NCBI GenBank assembly: GCA_038145765.1
Contig: JAYQQG010000006.1
Coordinates: forward strand, 1-54,792
Direction of reading: 5' to 3'
Length of the DNA stretch: 54,792 nt
From: Verrucomicrobiales bacterium
GTDB taxonomy: Bacteria; Verrucomicrobiota; Verrucomicrobiia; Limisphaerales; UBA1100
This document shows, in pieces, positions 20,513 to 28,868 of this stretch (positions within the stretch are counted from its first letter, which is position 1; every line of letters starts with the position of its first letter). The notes under the pieces are model-generated. The model made no database searches, was not told where the DNA came from, and was given only the letters and a program-made list of their open reading frames with translations. Position numbers and translations under genes: made by a program.

Positions 20513-21421
20513 TTACGCTTCCACGTCGAGGATTTTGAGAATGCGTTCAAGATCATCATCCGAAAAATACTTGATCGTTAGCGCGCCTTTGCCTTCGCGA
20601 TAGGTCAGGCTGACCTTGGTGCCGAGCTTTTCCTTGAGCCGGTTTTCCAGCGATGTCACATGCACTTCACGTGACTTGCTTGTGGTTTTGCCCGGTGATT
20701 TGTCCGGCGGCACACCTTGCAGTTGGGCCACTATTGCTTCGGTATCCCGGACACTCAGCGACTCCTTGATGACCCGGTTGGCCACCAATGTTTGCTGTTG
20801 CGCATCGTTCAGTCCAAGGATCACTTTCGCGTGCCCCACGCTCAAACGCCCTTGACGAACATGCGTTTGGATTGAATCTGAAAGGTTTAATAATCGAACT
20901 GCATTGGCGATAGCGGCCCGGCTCTTGCCAACGCGTTGGGCGGCGGCTTCCTGTGTGAGGTCAAAAGCCTCCATCATCAGGGCGTATCCCTGGGCTTCCT
21001 CGATGGGGTTGAGGTCTTCGCGTTGAAGGTTTTCGATTAATGCGAGTTCCAAGACTTGTGCATCAGTTGCTTCCCGGACAATCACCGGCACCGCTTCTAG
21101 GCCGGCGATCTGGGCGGCGCGCCAACGGCGTTCCCCTGCAATCAATTCCAATAGTCCATCCTCGGCTTTACGAGTGACCAACGGTTGCAAAATCCCACTG
21201 GCTTCAATCGAAGCGGCTAATTCCTCCAAAGGTTCCCGATCAAAATCTTTTCGTGGTTGGGATGGACAGGGGCGTACGGATTCCACTGGCACCCGTTGTA
21301 TCAACTCGGTCGGAAGTGCATCGGTAGTCGAAGGAGTATCCGCCGGGGCGCTTTCATTCTCGGCAGATGGTTGCCCGCCCAGCAGAGCGCCTAGTCCACG
21401 TCCCAGTCCGGATTTCGCCAT
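20513..21421 (-). CDS. parB: ParB/Spo0J chromosome partition protein
   Basis: GLGRGL ParA-interaction peptide, QPRKDF, GERRWRA, ENLQREDL, HTH; start at ATG 21421. Confidence 0.95.
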   Translation of the reverse strand: MAKSGLGRGLGALLGGQPSAENESAPADTPSTTDALPTELIQRVPVESVRPCPSQPRKDFDREPLEELAASIEASGILQPLVTRKAEDGLLELIAGERRWRAAQIAGLEAVPVIVREATDAQVLELALIENLQREDLNPIEEAQGYALMMEAFDLTQEAAAQRVGKSRAAIANAVRLLNLSDSIQTHVRQGRLSVGHAKVILGLNDAQQQTLVANRVIKESLSVRDTEAIVAQLQGVPPDKSPGKTTSKSREVHVTSLENRLKEKLGTKVSLTYREGKGALTIKYFSDDDLERILKILDVEA

Positions 21422-21486
21422 AGACGATTTGTGGGCAAGCGATATTGCGATGTCAAAAGCCGGATATTCACAGTACACTGCATTGC

Positions 21487-21939
21487 GTGACGCATAAGAG
21501 CGGGTGGATTTCGGAACGAGTCGCGCATTTGGCAGGGGGTATTTATGATGCGCGATATCTCGGTTACTTTGAGTGCTTCAATGCCGGCGAGTTTTACGAA
21601 GCCCACGATGTGCTGGAGGATCTATGGCTGGAGACGCGCGGGCAGACCGATGCGGACTTTTATAAGGCGCTCATTCAGTTGACGGGCGGTTTTGTGCACC
21701 TGACGATGCACGAAAATCCCAAATGGCCCGCCGCTGGCCCTCGTCTGCGCCCCGCCCACAAGCTCATGGGGATGGCCCGGGGTTATCTCGAAAAATATCC
21801 GGAAACCCACCACGGCATGGAAAAGGCGGGTGTTTTCCAACTGATCGATCAGTGGCGTAATGAGTTGGAAGCGGGTGTTTTTGAAGTCAATCCGCTGCAC
21901 GTTCAGCCCTCGCCGAAGCTCCCGATCCCCAACTATTGA
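21487..21939 (+). CDS. DUF309-domain protein
   Basis: FN.GEFYEAHDVLEDLW...YKALIQ...H signature; GTG start 7 nt after TACACT. Confidence 0.88.
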   Translation: MTHKSGWISERVAHLAGGIYDARYLGYFECFNAGEFYEAHDVLEDLWLETRGQTDADFYKALIQLTGGFVHLTMHENPKWPAAGPRLRPAHKLMGMARGYLEKYPETHHGMEKAGVFQLIDQWRNELEAGVFEVNPLHVQPSPKLPIPNY

Positions 21940-21950
21940 CGAGCGCTCAT

Positions 21951-22015
21951 CGTGCTGCCGGCGCCCCGTCGTCAGGTCCAACGCCTCTATCTGCCGGCGG
22001 GGCGCCGGCATCACG
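21951..22015. repeat. REP-like inverted doublet (GTGC-TGCCGGC type)
   Basis: CGTGCTGCCGGCGCCCCGTCGTCAG...CTGCCGGCGGGGCGCCGGCATCACG, about 25-bp imperfect inverted repeat upstream of the bioB promoter. Confidence 0.6.
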
Positions 22016-22064
22016 GATAACTCAAGCTTGCCCAAAAACGGCCTGATCCGTAGCTTCGTCAACC

Positions 22065-23156
22065 ATGATTGCGACCGAGGTTGACGCCAAAGACCGCATT
22101 GCCGAGCTGGGCCAGCGAGTGCTCGATGGAGCGCAGATTGAGCGGGATGAAGCGCTGTTTCTTTTTGATCTGGAGGACAGCGCCGATATCCACACGCTGC
22201 TCTCGTGGGGCAACCGGATTCGCGAGCATTTTAAGGGGAACAAGATTCACCTGTGCTCCATCGTCAATGCCAAGGCGGGGGCGTGCTCGGAGAATTGTTC
22301 GTTCTGCTCGCAATCGGCCGCGTACCAGACGGGCTCGCCTCGGTACGGCTTTGTGGATCCGGAACCGGTGGCTGAGGCCGGCGAGGAAGCCAATCGCAAT
22401 GGCGTGACGGCCGTCGGACTGGTGGCGGCCTGGCGGGGGCTCAAGGAAGGGCCGATGCTCGATGAGGTGTGCGACCGCATCCGCGAGATGAAAGAACAGG
22501 GCCAAACGCGGCCGGATGCGTCGCTGGGTTTGATCGAGTCACAGGAGGTGGCCAATCGCCTGAAGGAGGCGGGTCTCGAGTGTTACGGCCACAATCTTGA
22601 AAGCTCGAAGCGCTTTTTCCCGGAGCATTGCACAACCCACACTTTCGAGGATCGCCTGCGTACCATTGGGTTTTTGAAAAAAGCGGGCATCAAGATTTGC
22701 AGCGGCGGCATCATCGGCATGGGCGAAACGCGGGAGGACCGGTGCGACCTCGCCATGAGCCTGCGTGAGATCGATGCCAGCGTGGTGCCGGTGAATATTT
22801 TGAATCCCATCGAAGGTACGCCGCTGGAGAAACAGGAACCATTGCCGCCGCTTGAGATTCTCAAGACCATCGCCTGTTTCCGTTTCATTTTGCCGCGCAA
22901 GGAAATCATGATCGCCGGCGGTCGCACGGTGAATCTGCGTGATCTGCAGTGCATGGTGTTTCAAGCCGGCGCCAGCGCGTTGATGGTGGGTAACTACCTC
23001 ACCACGCTCAATCAGCCGGTGGAGAAGGACCTGCAAATGCTGCGCGACCTCGGGCTGGATCCGGATTGGCAGGAATTCGATGAAGCCGACGTGAGCGGCG
23101 GCTGCGGTTGTGGTGAGGAGCAGTCCTGCGCCACCACCGAGACGGCAACGGCCTAG
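22065..23156 (+). CDS. bioB: Biotin synthase (atypical auxiliary-cluster ligands)
   Basis: CSENCSFC radical SAM motif, Y.HNLE, CSGGIIGMGET, VPVN.L.P.EGTP, AGGR, GNYLTT. Confidence 0.88.
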   Translation: MIATEVDAKDRIAELGQRVLDGAQIERDEALFLFDLEDSADIHTLLSWGNRIREHFKGNKIHLCSIVNAKAGACSENCSFCSQSAAYQTGSPRYGFVDPEPVAEAGEEANRNGVTAVGLVAAWRGLKEGPMLDEVCDRIREMKEQGQTRPDASLGLIESQEVANRLKEAGLECYGHNLESSKRFFPEHCTTHTFEDRLRTIGFLKKAGIKICSGGIIGMGETREDRCDLAMSLREIDASVVPVNILNPIEGTPLEKQEPLPPLEILKTIACFRFILPRKEIMIAGGRTVNLRDLQCMVFQAGASALMVGNYLTTLNQPVEKDLQMLRDLGLDPDWQEFDEADVSGGCGCGEEQSCATTETATA

Positions 23157-23158
23157 CC

Positions 23159-23920
23159 GTGCAACCGCGCGGGCTCAATGACGGTTGCTATTGCGGCGAC
23201 CGCATCGACATCGAGTCTATCCTCAACGACTGCCTGACGGCTGCCCGGCCACATGGCTGGGAAGTGCACTGGCTGGGGACCGAAAACAATTTGCGCCTGC
23301 TCACGCTGCATCGGGCTCCCGAAATTGTTCGCCGGAAAATCTACGTGTCTTCAGGCATTCATGGCGACGAGCCCGCCGCCCCGTTGGCGATGCTGCGTTT
23401 ATTGAATGAAAACGTATGGCCGAAGGAGACGGAGTTGTGGCTTTGCCCTTGCCTGAACCCCACCGGCTTTCCGGCCAATACCCGCGAAAGTGCTATGGGC
23501 CATGATCTGAATCGGGATTACAAACATCGACGCACACCGGAGATCGCTGCGCATGTGGCCTGGCTGGAAACCCTGCCGGATTTCGATTTCACCATCCAGT
23601 TGCACGAGGACTGGGAGGCGCAGGGGTTTTATTTTTATGAATTGAAAATGGACGGTACACCCACGGAACCACGCCGTGTGCTGGCGGCGGTCAAGAGAGT
23701 TTGCCCGATCGATCATTCGACCGAGATTGATGGACGCAAGAACGATCGCGGCCTCATCAAGCCGGTGCTGGATCCCGCCGTGCGCGAGCTTTGGCCCGAG
23801 GCGTTTTGGTTGGTGATGAATAAAACGCGCCTCAGTTACACCTGCGAGGCGCCCTCGGATTTTGAAATGGAAGTGCGTGTGGAGGCGTTGGTGACGGCGG
23901 TGAAAACATTGTTCAGGTAG
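23159..23920 (+). CDS. M14-family zinc carboxypeptidase / desuccinylase-like protein
   Basis: GIHGDE, LNP.G, DLNR, LHED, terminal catalytic E (TCEAP). Confidence 0.85.
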   Translation: MQPRGLNDGCYCGDRIDIESILNDCLTAARPHGWEVHWLGTENNLRLLTLHRAPEIVRRKIYVSSGIHGDEPAAPLAMLRLLNENVWPKETELWLCPCLNPTGFPANTRESAMGHDLNRDYKHRRTPEIAAHVAWLETLPDFDFTIQLHEDWEAQGFYFYELKMDGTPTEPRRVLAAVKRVCPIDHSTEIDGRKNDRGLIKPVLDPAVRELWPEAFWLVMNKTRLSYTCEAPSDFEMEVRVEALVTAVKTLFR

Positions 23921-23968
23921 GGCCCGCTCTCCGAGCGCGCCGAGGCGGTTTAGTAGAAACCGCCCTAC
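23917..23968. repeat. REP-like inverted doublet (GTAG-type)
   Basis: GTAG-GGCCCGCTCTCCGAGCGCGCC and inverted GGCGGTTT-AGTAG-AAACCGCC-CTAC between convergent genes. Confidence 0.7.
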
Positions 23969-23977
23969 CATGACTGC

Positions 23978-24575
23978 CTACCGATAATTGCAAATATTAT
24001 ACTTGCCCCGGTGTCTTATACACATGGCGGTGGCGATGCGCTTCTCTCGCGTCGCCTCGCGTTTGGCCTCGGTGATCCACTCCACGTATTCGCGTTGGCA
24101 ACTGGGGGAAAAATTCTCAAACGTCTTTTTGGCCTTCGCATTGGTGGCGAGGGCTTTCTTGAAATAATCCGGGACCGCGATGGCCTTGCGCTTGGCGGGT
24201 TTGGGTTTCTTTATGCCGCTGGCATTGAGGGCGACAGCGGCTTTGATGTATTTGATCATCACCTTATCGGCCGGCAGATCCTTGGCGTCGGCAAGCTTTT
24301 CACAGTTCATGAAGGAAGCCCCGTCGTTTTCAAATAGGCCATCGGGATCCTCCATTTCTTTGCCGCGCCAAAAGCCAAACCGCACATGGGCCTTGAAGGC
24401 GACCATGCCAGAAACGATGCCCTCATGCATAAAGGCCGGTGCGCCCCATTTAATATCCTCAGTGATCTCCGGGCACGCCTTGTGCATGAGCGCGCGGATT
24501 TTCATCAGAAATCGGCTGCGCGAAGGGCGCCGCTTTGTCGATGTAAGCATCGATCTTGGGATCGGCATTTTTCAT
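23978..24575 (-). pseudogene. YdeI/OmpD-associated (DUF1801 + OmdA) family gene with a +1 frameshift (real or sequencing error)
   Basis: ATG 24575 reads MKNADPKIDAYIDKAAPFAQPI; one extra base near 24510 shifts the frame into LMKIRALMHKACP..IKWGAP...REYVEWITEAKREATREKR. Confidence 0.8.
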
Positions 24576-25540
24576 GGTTGATTGACGACATTTTGCGGTG
24601 TGCCAGCGAGAAAGGCACGCAGGTTTTCCACGGCGATCTCCATCAGGCGCGCCCGCGCCGCGCGCGTGGCCCAGCCGATGTGCGGGGTGATGATGAGGTT
24701 GAGGGCGGTCAGCAACGGGTTGTCGGCCGGCGGCGGTTCAGTGGAAAGTACATCAGTCGCCGCCCCGGCGATGCGGTTGGTAGTCAAGGCGGCAGCCAGA
24801 TCGACTTCGTTCACCAACGGCCCGCGGCCGGTGTTAATGAGAAAGGCAGTGGGTTTCATCTGATCCAACAGACTTCCGTTGACGAAGCCCGCGTTCTCTT
24901 CGGTGAGCGGGCAATGCAGGCTCACGACATCCGCCTCGCGGAAGAGCGTTTCGCGATCCACGAACTGAGTGCCTTCCTCTTCCCTCGGCGTGCGCGTGTG
25001 CACGAGAATCTTCATGCCAAACGCCCGCCCAATGCGCGCCACGGCGCGGCCAATGGCGCCGTAGCCGACCAGGCCGAGCTTGAGGCCGTGCAGTTCCACG
25101 AGCGGTTTTTGCCAGTAACAAAAATCCGGGCACGCACTCCAATCACCGGCACTTACGCTGGCATGGTGCAGGGCCGGTTGCGAGGCGAGCTCAAGAATCA
25201 GGGCAAAGGTCATTTGCGCGACGGATTCGGTGCCGTAACCCGGGATGTTGGTCACCGGAATACCGCGCGCAGCCGCCGCGGCGGTATCCACCACGTTGTA
25301 GCCGGTGGCCAAGACGCCGATATATTGCAGCTTCGGCAGCGCCTCAATGGCCTCGGCGGGGACGAGGGATTTGTTGGTAAACACAATCTCCGCCTCAGCC
25401 GCGCGGTCCGCCACCTCCGCGGCTGGCGTGCGATCATGCACGGTCAAATTCCCCAAGTTTTCCAGTGCATCCCAAGTTAAATCTCCCGGGTTTAGCGTGT
25501 GGCCATCGAGCACGACGATTTGGGGTGCGGTTTCGGTCAT
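24572..25540 (-). CDS. D-2-hydroxyacid dehydrogenase (glycerate dehydrogenase/HprA-like)
   Basis: LDGHTLNPGD, ATGYN, GYGAIG, LHCPL, INTGRG, DVLSTEPP, TPHIGW. Confidence 0.93.
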   Translation of the reverse strand: MTETAPQIVVLDGHTLNPGDLTWDALENLGNLTVHDRTPAAEVADRAAEAEIVFTNKSLVPAEAIEALPKLQYIGVLATGYNVVDTAAAAARGIPVTNIPGYGTESVAQMTFALILELASQPALHHASVSAGDWSACPDFCYWQKPLVELHGLKLGLVGYGAIGRAVARIGRAFGMKILVHTRTPREEEGTQFVDRETLFREADVVSLHCPLTEENAGFVNGSLLDQMKPTAFLINTGRGPLVNEVDLAAALTTNRIAGAATDVLSTEPPPADNPLLTALNLIITPHIGWATRAARARLMEIAVENLRAFLAGTPQNVVNQP

Positions 25541-25606
25541 GGAGAGATTTGGCGGGTTGAACTGCGGGTTGTCAATTCCTTGGCGTTGAGGTAGCGTTCC
25601 GCCTGC

Positions 25607-26176
25607 ATGACCACGGAGACATTGAATCGACCGGTGAAATACGCCGCGCTCGAATGGCGGAATTCTCAGGGTGAATCGTTTGAAGCCATTCAGGAAGGCG
25701 CGTTGTGTTACCTGAAAGGTGATGAGAAACCGTATACCGGTAAAGCCATCGAGTTGTACGAGAACGGCAACGTGTCTCTGGAGGGAGAGTTCAAAAAAGG
25801 CAAGGCACATGGCGAGGAAACGTGGTGGTTTGAAAATGGCAACAAGAATTCGTTGGTGACCTTTTTGGATGGGGTGCGCCACGGGCCACACTTGGTCTGG
25901 TATGAGAGCGGTCAGTTGCAGATTGATGTCTGCTATACCCACGGCAAACGCGACGGGCGGCATGCAGTATATTACGAGAGCGGCCAAGTGCGTTCTGAGG
26001 CTCATTTTTCCGGTGAACAGCTGGAAGGGACCTACACCACGTGGTATGAGAATGGCAGCAAGCGTAGTGAGCGGGTATTCCAGGCAGGCCAAGAGATTCA
26101 ACGTCGTGAATGGACGGCCAAAGGGAAGCAGAAGGCACTCAACAATTGGAATAGCGACGGCTCCCCACGCAACTAG
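25607..26176 (+). CDS. MORN-variant repeat protein (YwqK-like)
   Basis: KPYTG then repeated YENG/ESG...G..HG....WY units. Confidence 0.88.
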   Translation: MTTETLNRPVKYAALEWRNSQGESFEAIQEGALCYLKGDEKPYTGKAIELYENGNVSLEGEFKKGKAHGEETWWFENGNKNSLVTFLDGVRHGPHLVWYESGQLQIDVCYTHGKRDGRHAVYYESGQVRSEAHFSGEQLEGTYTTWYENGSKRSERVFQAGQEIQRREWTAKGKQKALNNWNSDGSPRN

Positions 26177-26229
26177 AGAGCGTGGTTTCCGGTGGCGTTC
26201 GACGCCGGCTGCATGATATTTTTATAAAC

Positions 26230-28098
26230 GTGCAGCGATTCATCAACATCATATCCCGGGCTGTGACGGTCATGGGCTTGCTGTGTTCCATGACGATGTT
26301 GGCGGCTGCGGCCGGTGAATCGGTAATACCCAAACAATGGCCGGATGCCACCGGGCGGGTTCATCCTGTTGCCGGCAAACCGGTGGTGCTGGCTTGGTCG
26401 GGAATGGGTTGTCCAATGTCCAAACTGTACCGACCGCGCTTGGAGCGGTTGGCGGCTGTTTATGAAGCTCGTGGGGTGCGGTTTTTTCTCGTGAACTCCA
26501 ATTCGCAGGATACACCGGATGAATTGAAGCGGTTGGCGGCGGTCGTACGGTTTCCTGTGATCCGGGATGCCGGCGGACGATTGGCCCGGCGATTGGAGGT
26601 GGAGCGGACCACCGAGGTATTGCTGATGAACGGCAAGGGGCAGGTTGCATATCGTGGGGCGGTAGATGATCAGTATGGTTTCAAGAAAACCCGATCCGGG
26701 GGTGTCGGTGCATTTCGCCGTCCGGTGCCGACGGTGAATTATCTGCAACAGGCCATTGAGGCGGTGTTAACAGGGAATCCGGTTCAAGTGGCGAAAACTG
26801 AGCCATACGGATGCGCGATTGGTCTGGAAGAACCGGCCAAGGAACGCGGAGTCACATTCCATGAGGACGTTGAGCCGGTCCTGCAGGTGCATTGTCAGGA
26901 ATGCCATCATGCCGGTGGCGGTGGTCCATTTGCCTTGGAGACCTACAAGCAAGCCAAAGGCTGGGCCAAGATGATCGTGGAAGTGACCTCTGAGAAACGT
27001 ATGCCGCCCTGGAATGCGGATCCACAGGTCGGTCATTTTAAAAATGCCCGGGGTTTGGCCGTAGATGAGATTCAATTGCTGGCCGACTGGTTCAAGAGCG
27101 GTGCCCCTCAGGGCAATCCCCAAGCGGCTCCACCGCGACTGGATTGGTCGGGCGGATTGGGGATTGGGCAGCCCGATCACGAAATCGCCTTGCCGGCATT
27201 CGATGTGCCTGCAGAAGGCCGCGTGCCCTATCGTTATGTCAGCATCCCCACACAGTTTAAGGAAGACCGTTGGATTCGCGCCGCTGAATTCACCAGTGAC
27301 ACGCCCGAAGTGGTACACCATGTGTTAACATTTCTGCACGAACGATCCGGCGGACGGCGGCAAGCGGGCCGCCCTTGGTCGCCACCGTTTGATATGTTGG
27401 CTCCGTTGCAAGGAGCACGCCCGCGAGAATTCCCCTACTGGATTGCTCGCAATCGGCGTTACCTGAAGCAATATCAAGTGGGGCAGGGCGGCGGACTGCA
27501 CGGGTATTTTTTATCCGGTATCGTTGGCGACCGGCCGTTGGTTTACCCGGTCAACCGTGCCAAACTGTTGCCGGCCGGAGCCACCATCGTGTTTCAGGTG
27601 CATTACAACCCCAACGGTAAACCGCACCAGAGCACAAGCCGTTTGCGGTTGTGGTTTGCCGATAAACGCCCCGAACAGGCGGTGGACATGCACGCAGCGT
27701 CTACGGTGGTTTTTCGTATCCCGCCGGAGGCTCCTAATCACCGGGTGACAGCCGTGCATAGGTTTCAGAGAGACGGCCTTTTGCTGGGCCTCCAACCGCA
27801 CATGCATTACCGGGGTAAATCGTTCCGTTACATTGCCGAGTATCCCGATGGCCGCAAGGAGACGCTGCTAAAGGTTCCGGATTTTGATTTCAACTGGCAG
27901 CACAAATACGAGTTGAGTGAACCCCGATGGCTGCCGCGAGGCACCGTGTTGCGGGCGGAAGGCACCTTCGATAACAGCCCTGGGAACCCAGATAATCCGG
28001 ACCCCAAGCGATCGGTTTATTTTGGCCTGCAATCAGATGAGGAAATGTTCATCGGTTACTTTGAAGTCATCTGGAATGCGCCCGAGCCGAAGGATTGA
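26230..28098 (+). CDS. Exported redoxin + c-type cytochrome + copper type II monooxygenase-like fusion protein
   Basis: Signal peptide; Trx-like domain (GCP, YRGAVDDQY, GCAI); CQECH heme motif with MPPW; VVHH, QVHY, PHMH, EEM. Start is uncertain (26182, 26230 or 26272). Confidence 0.85.
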   Translation: MQRFINIISRAVTVMGLLCSMTMLAAAAGESVIPKQWPDATGRVHPVAGKPVVLAWSGMGCPMSKLYRPRLERLAAVYEARGVRFFLVNSNSQDTPDELKRLAAVVRFPVIRDAGGRLARRLEVERTTEVLLMNGKGQVAYRGAVDDQYGFKKTRSGGVGAFRRPVPTVNYLQQAIEAVLTGNPVQVAKTEPYGCAIGLEEPAKERGVTFHEDVEPVLQVHCQECHHAGGGGPFALETYKQAKGWAKMIVEVTSEKRMPPWNADPQVGHFKNARGLAVDEIQLLADWFKSGAPQGNPQAAPPRLDWSGGLGIGQPDHEIALPAFDVPAEGRVPYRYVSIPTQFKEDRWIRAAEFTSDTPEVVHHVLTFLHERSGGRRQAGRPWSPPFDMLAPLQGARPREFPYWIARNRRYLKQYQVGQGGGLHGYFLSGIVGDRPLVYPVNRAKLLPAGATIVFQVHYNPNGKPHQSTSRLRLWFADKRPEQAVDMHAASTVVFRIPPEAPNHRVTAVHRFQRDGLLLGLQPHMHYRGKSFRYIAEYPDGRKETLLKVPDFDFNWQHKYELSEPRWLPRGTVLRAEGTFDNSPGNPDNPDPKRSVYFGLQSDEEMFIGYFEVIWNAPEPKD

Positions 28099-28128
28099 CG
28101 CTGGGAAAAATCCTGTCACCCTTGCCGC

Positions 28129-28743
28129 ATGAACGCAGCTTTGCCATTTGTGATGAGTATCTTTCTGTTCGCGGTAGCCCTGCAAGCGCAACCGACTCCG
28201 CCTCCGGCCGTGCCCAAGGAATCTCCCGCGCAGATCGCGGCCCGCCAAGCATTCGAGGCCGCCAAAACTGCCGCGGAATCCGGGGATGCCGTGAAACTGC
28301 GTGAACTGGCTGACCTGTATTATGCGGGCAAAGGCGTGACCAAGAATGTGGCTGAATCTTATAAACAATACTTGGCATCGGCTGAGAAGGGGGATGTGTT
28401 GTCGGAGGCGACGGTGGGTTGGATGCTTCGCAACGGCCAAGGTGTGGCGCGTGATTACAAGAAGTGTCTGGAATGGTACACCAAGGCTGCTGAAAAGGGG
28501 CATGTGGAATCGCAGTTAGGTTTGGCGGAACTTTACTATAACTCCGTTGGGCTAGAGGAACGGGACTACGCTACCGCCTACAAGTGGTACCTTATCGCCT
28601 CCGGTTTAGGCAGCAAGGAAGCCAAGGCTTTCATTCCGCGGATGGAGCAGGCCGTGCTAAAAGAGCCGAATGTGAATGCCGAGCAAAAGGCGACGGCTGA
28701 AAAGGCGGCCAATGATTGGCTGGCGGCCTACGGCAAAAAGTAA
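28129..28743 (+). CDS. Sel1-repeat exported protein
   Basis: Signal peptide; LY..G.GV..N/DY..A..WY..AAEKG repeats. Confidence 0.92.
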   Translation: MNAALPFVMSIFLFAVALQAQPTPPPAVPKESPAQIAARQAFEAAKTAAESGDAVKLRELADLYYAGKGVTKNVAESYKQYLASAEKGDVLSEATVGWMLRNGQGVARDYKKCLEWYTKAAEKGHVESQLGLAELYYNSVGLEERDYATAYKWYLIASGLGSKEAKAFIPRMEQAVLKEPNVNAEQKATAEKAANDWLAAYGKK

Positions 28744-28786
28744 GAATAACCGAGCGCGGCCTCGTTTCGCAGGGTCGTTCCACTGC

Positions 28787-28862
28787 ATATTCACATCTGT
28801 GAATATCCTGTGAAAACAGGCGAATAACTTACTCTATTCACATCCGGATAGTGTGTTACCTT
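28787..28862 (+). promoter_or_regulatory. Operator-like palindrome and putative promoter upstream of the RNA candidate
   Basis: ATATTCACA-TC-TGTGAATAT perfect palindrome (28787-28806); CTATTCACA (28834-28842); TG-n-TACCTT extended -10 (28854-28862). Confidence 0.45.
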
Positions 28863-28868
28863 TCTCTT

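Noticed and set aside
20662-20680. parS-like TCACGTGA inside parB
   Set aside because: Only the 8-bp core matches; the flanks do not fit TGTTNCACGTGAAACA
25607-26176. Toxin-antitoxin system implied by the YwqK-like label
   Set aside because: The label reflects MORN-variant repeats only; no adjacent toxin gene
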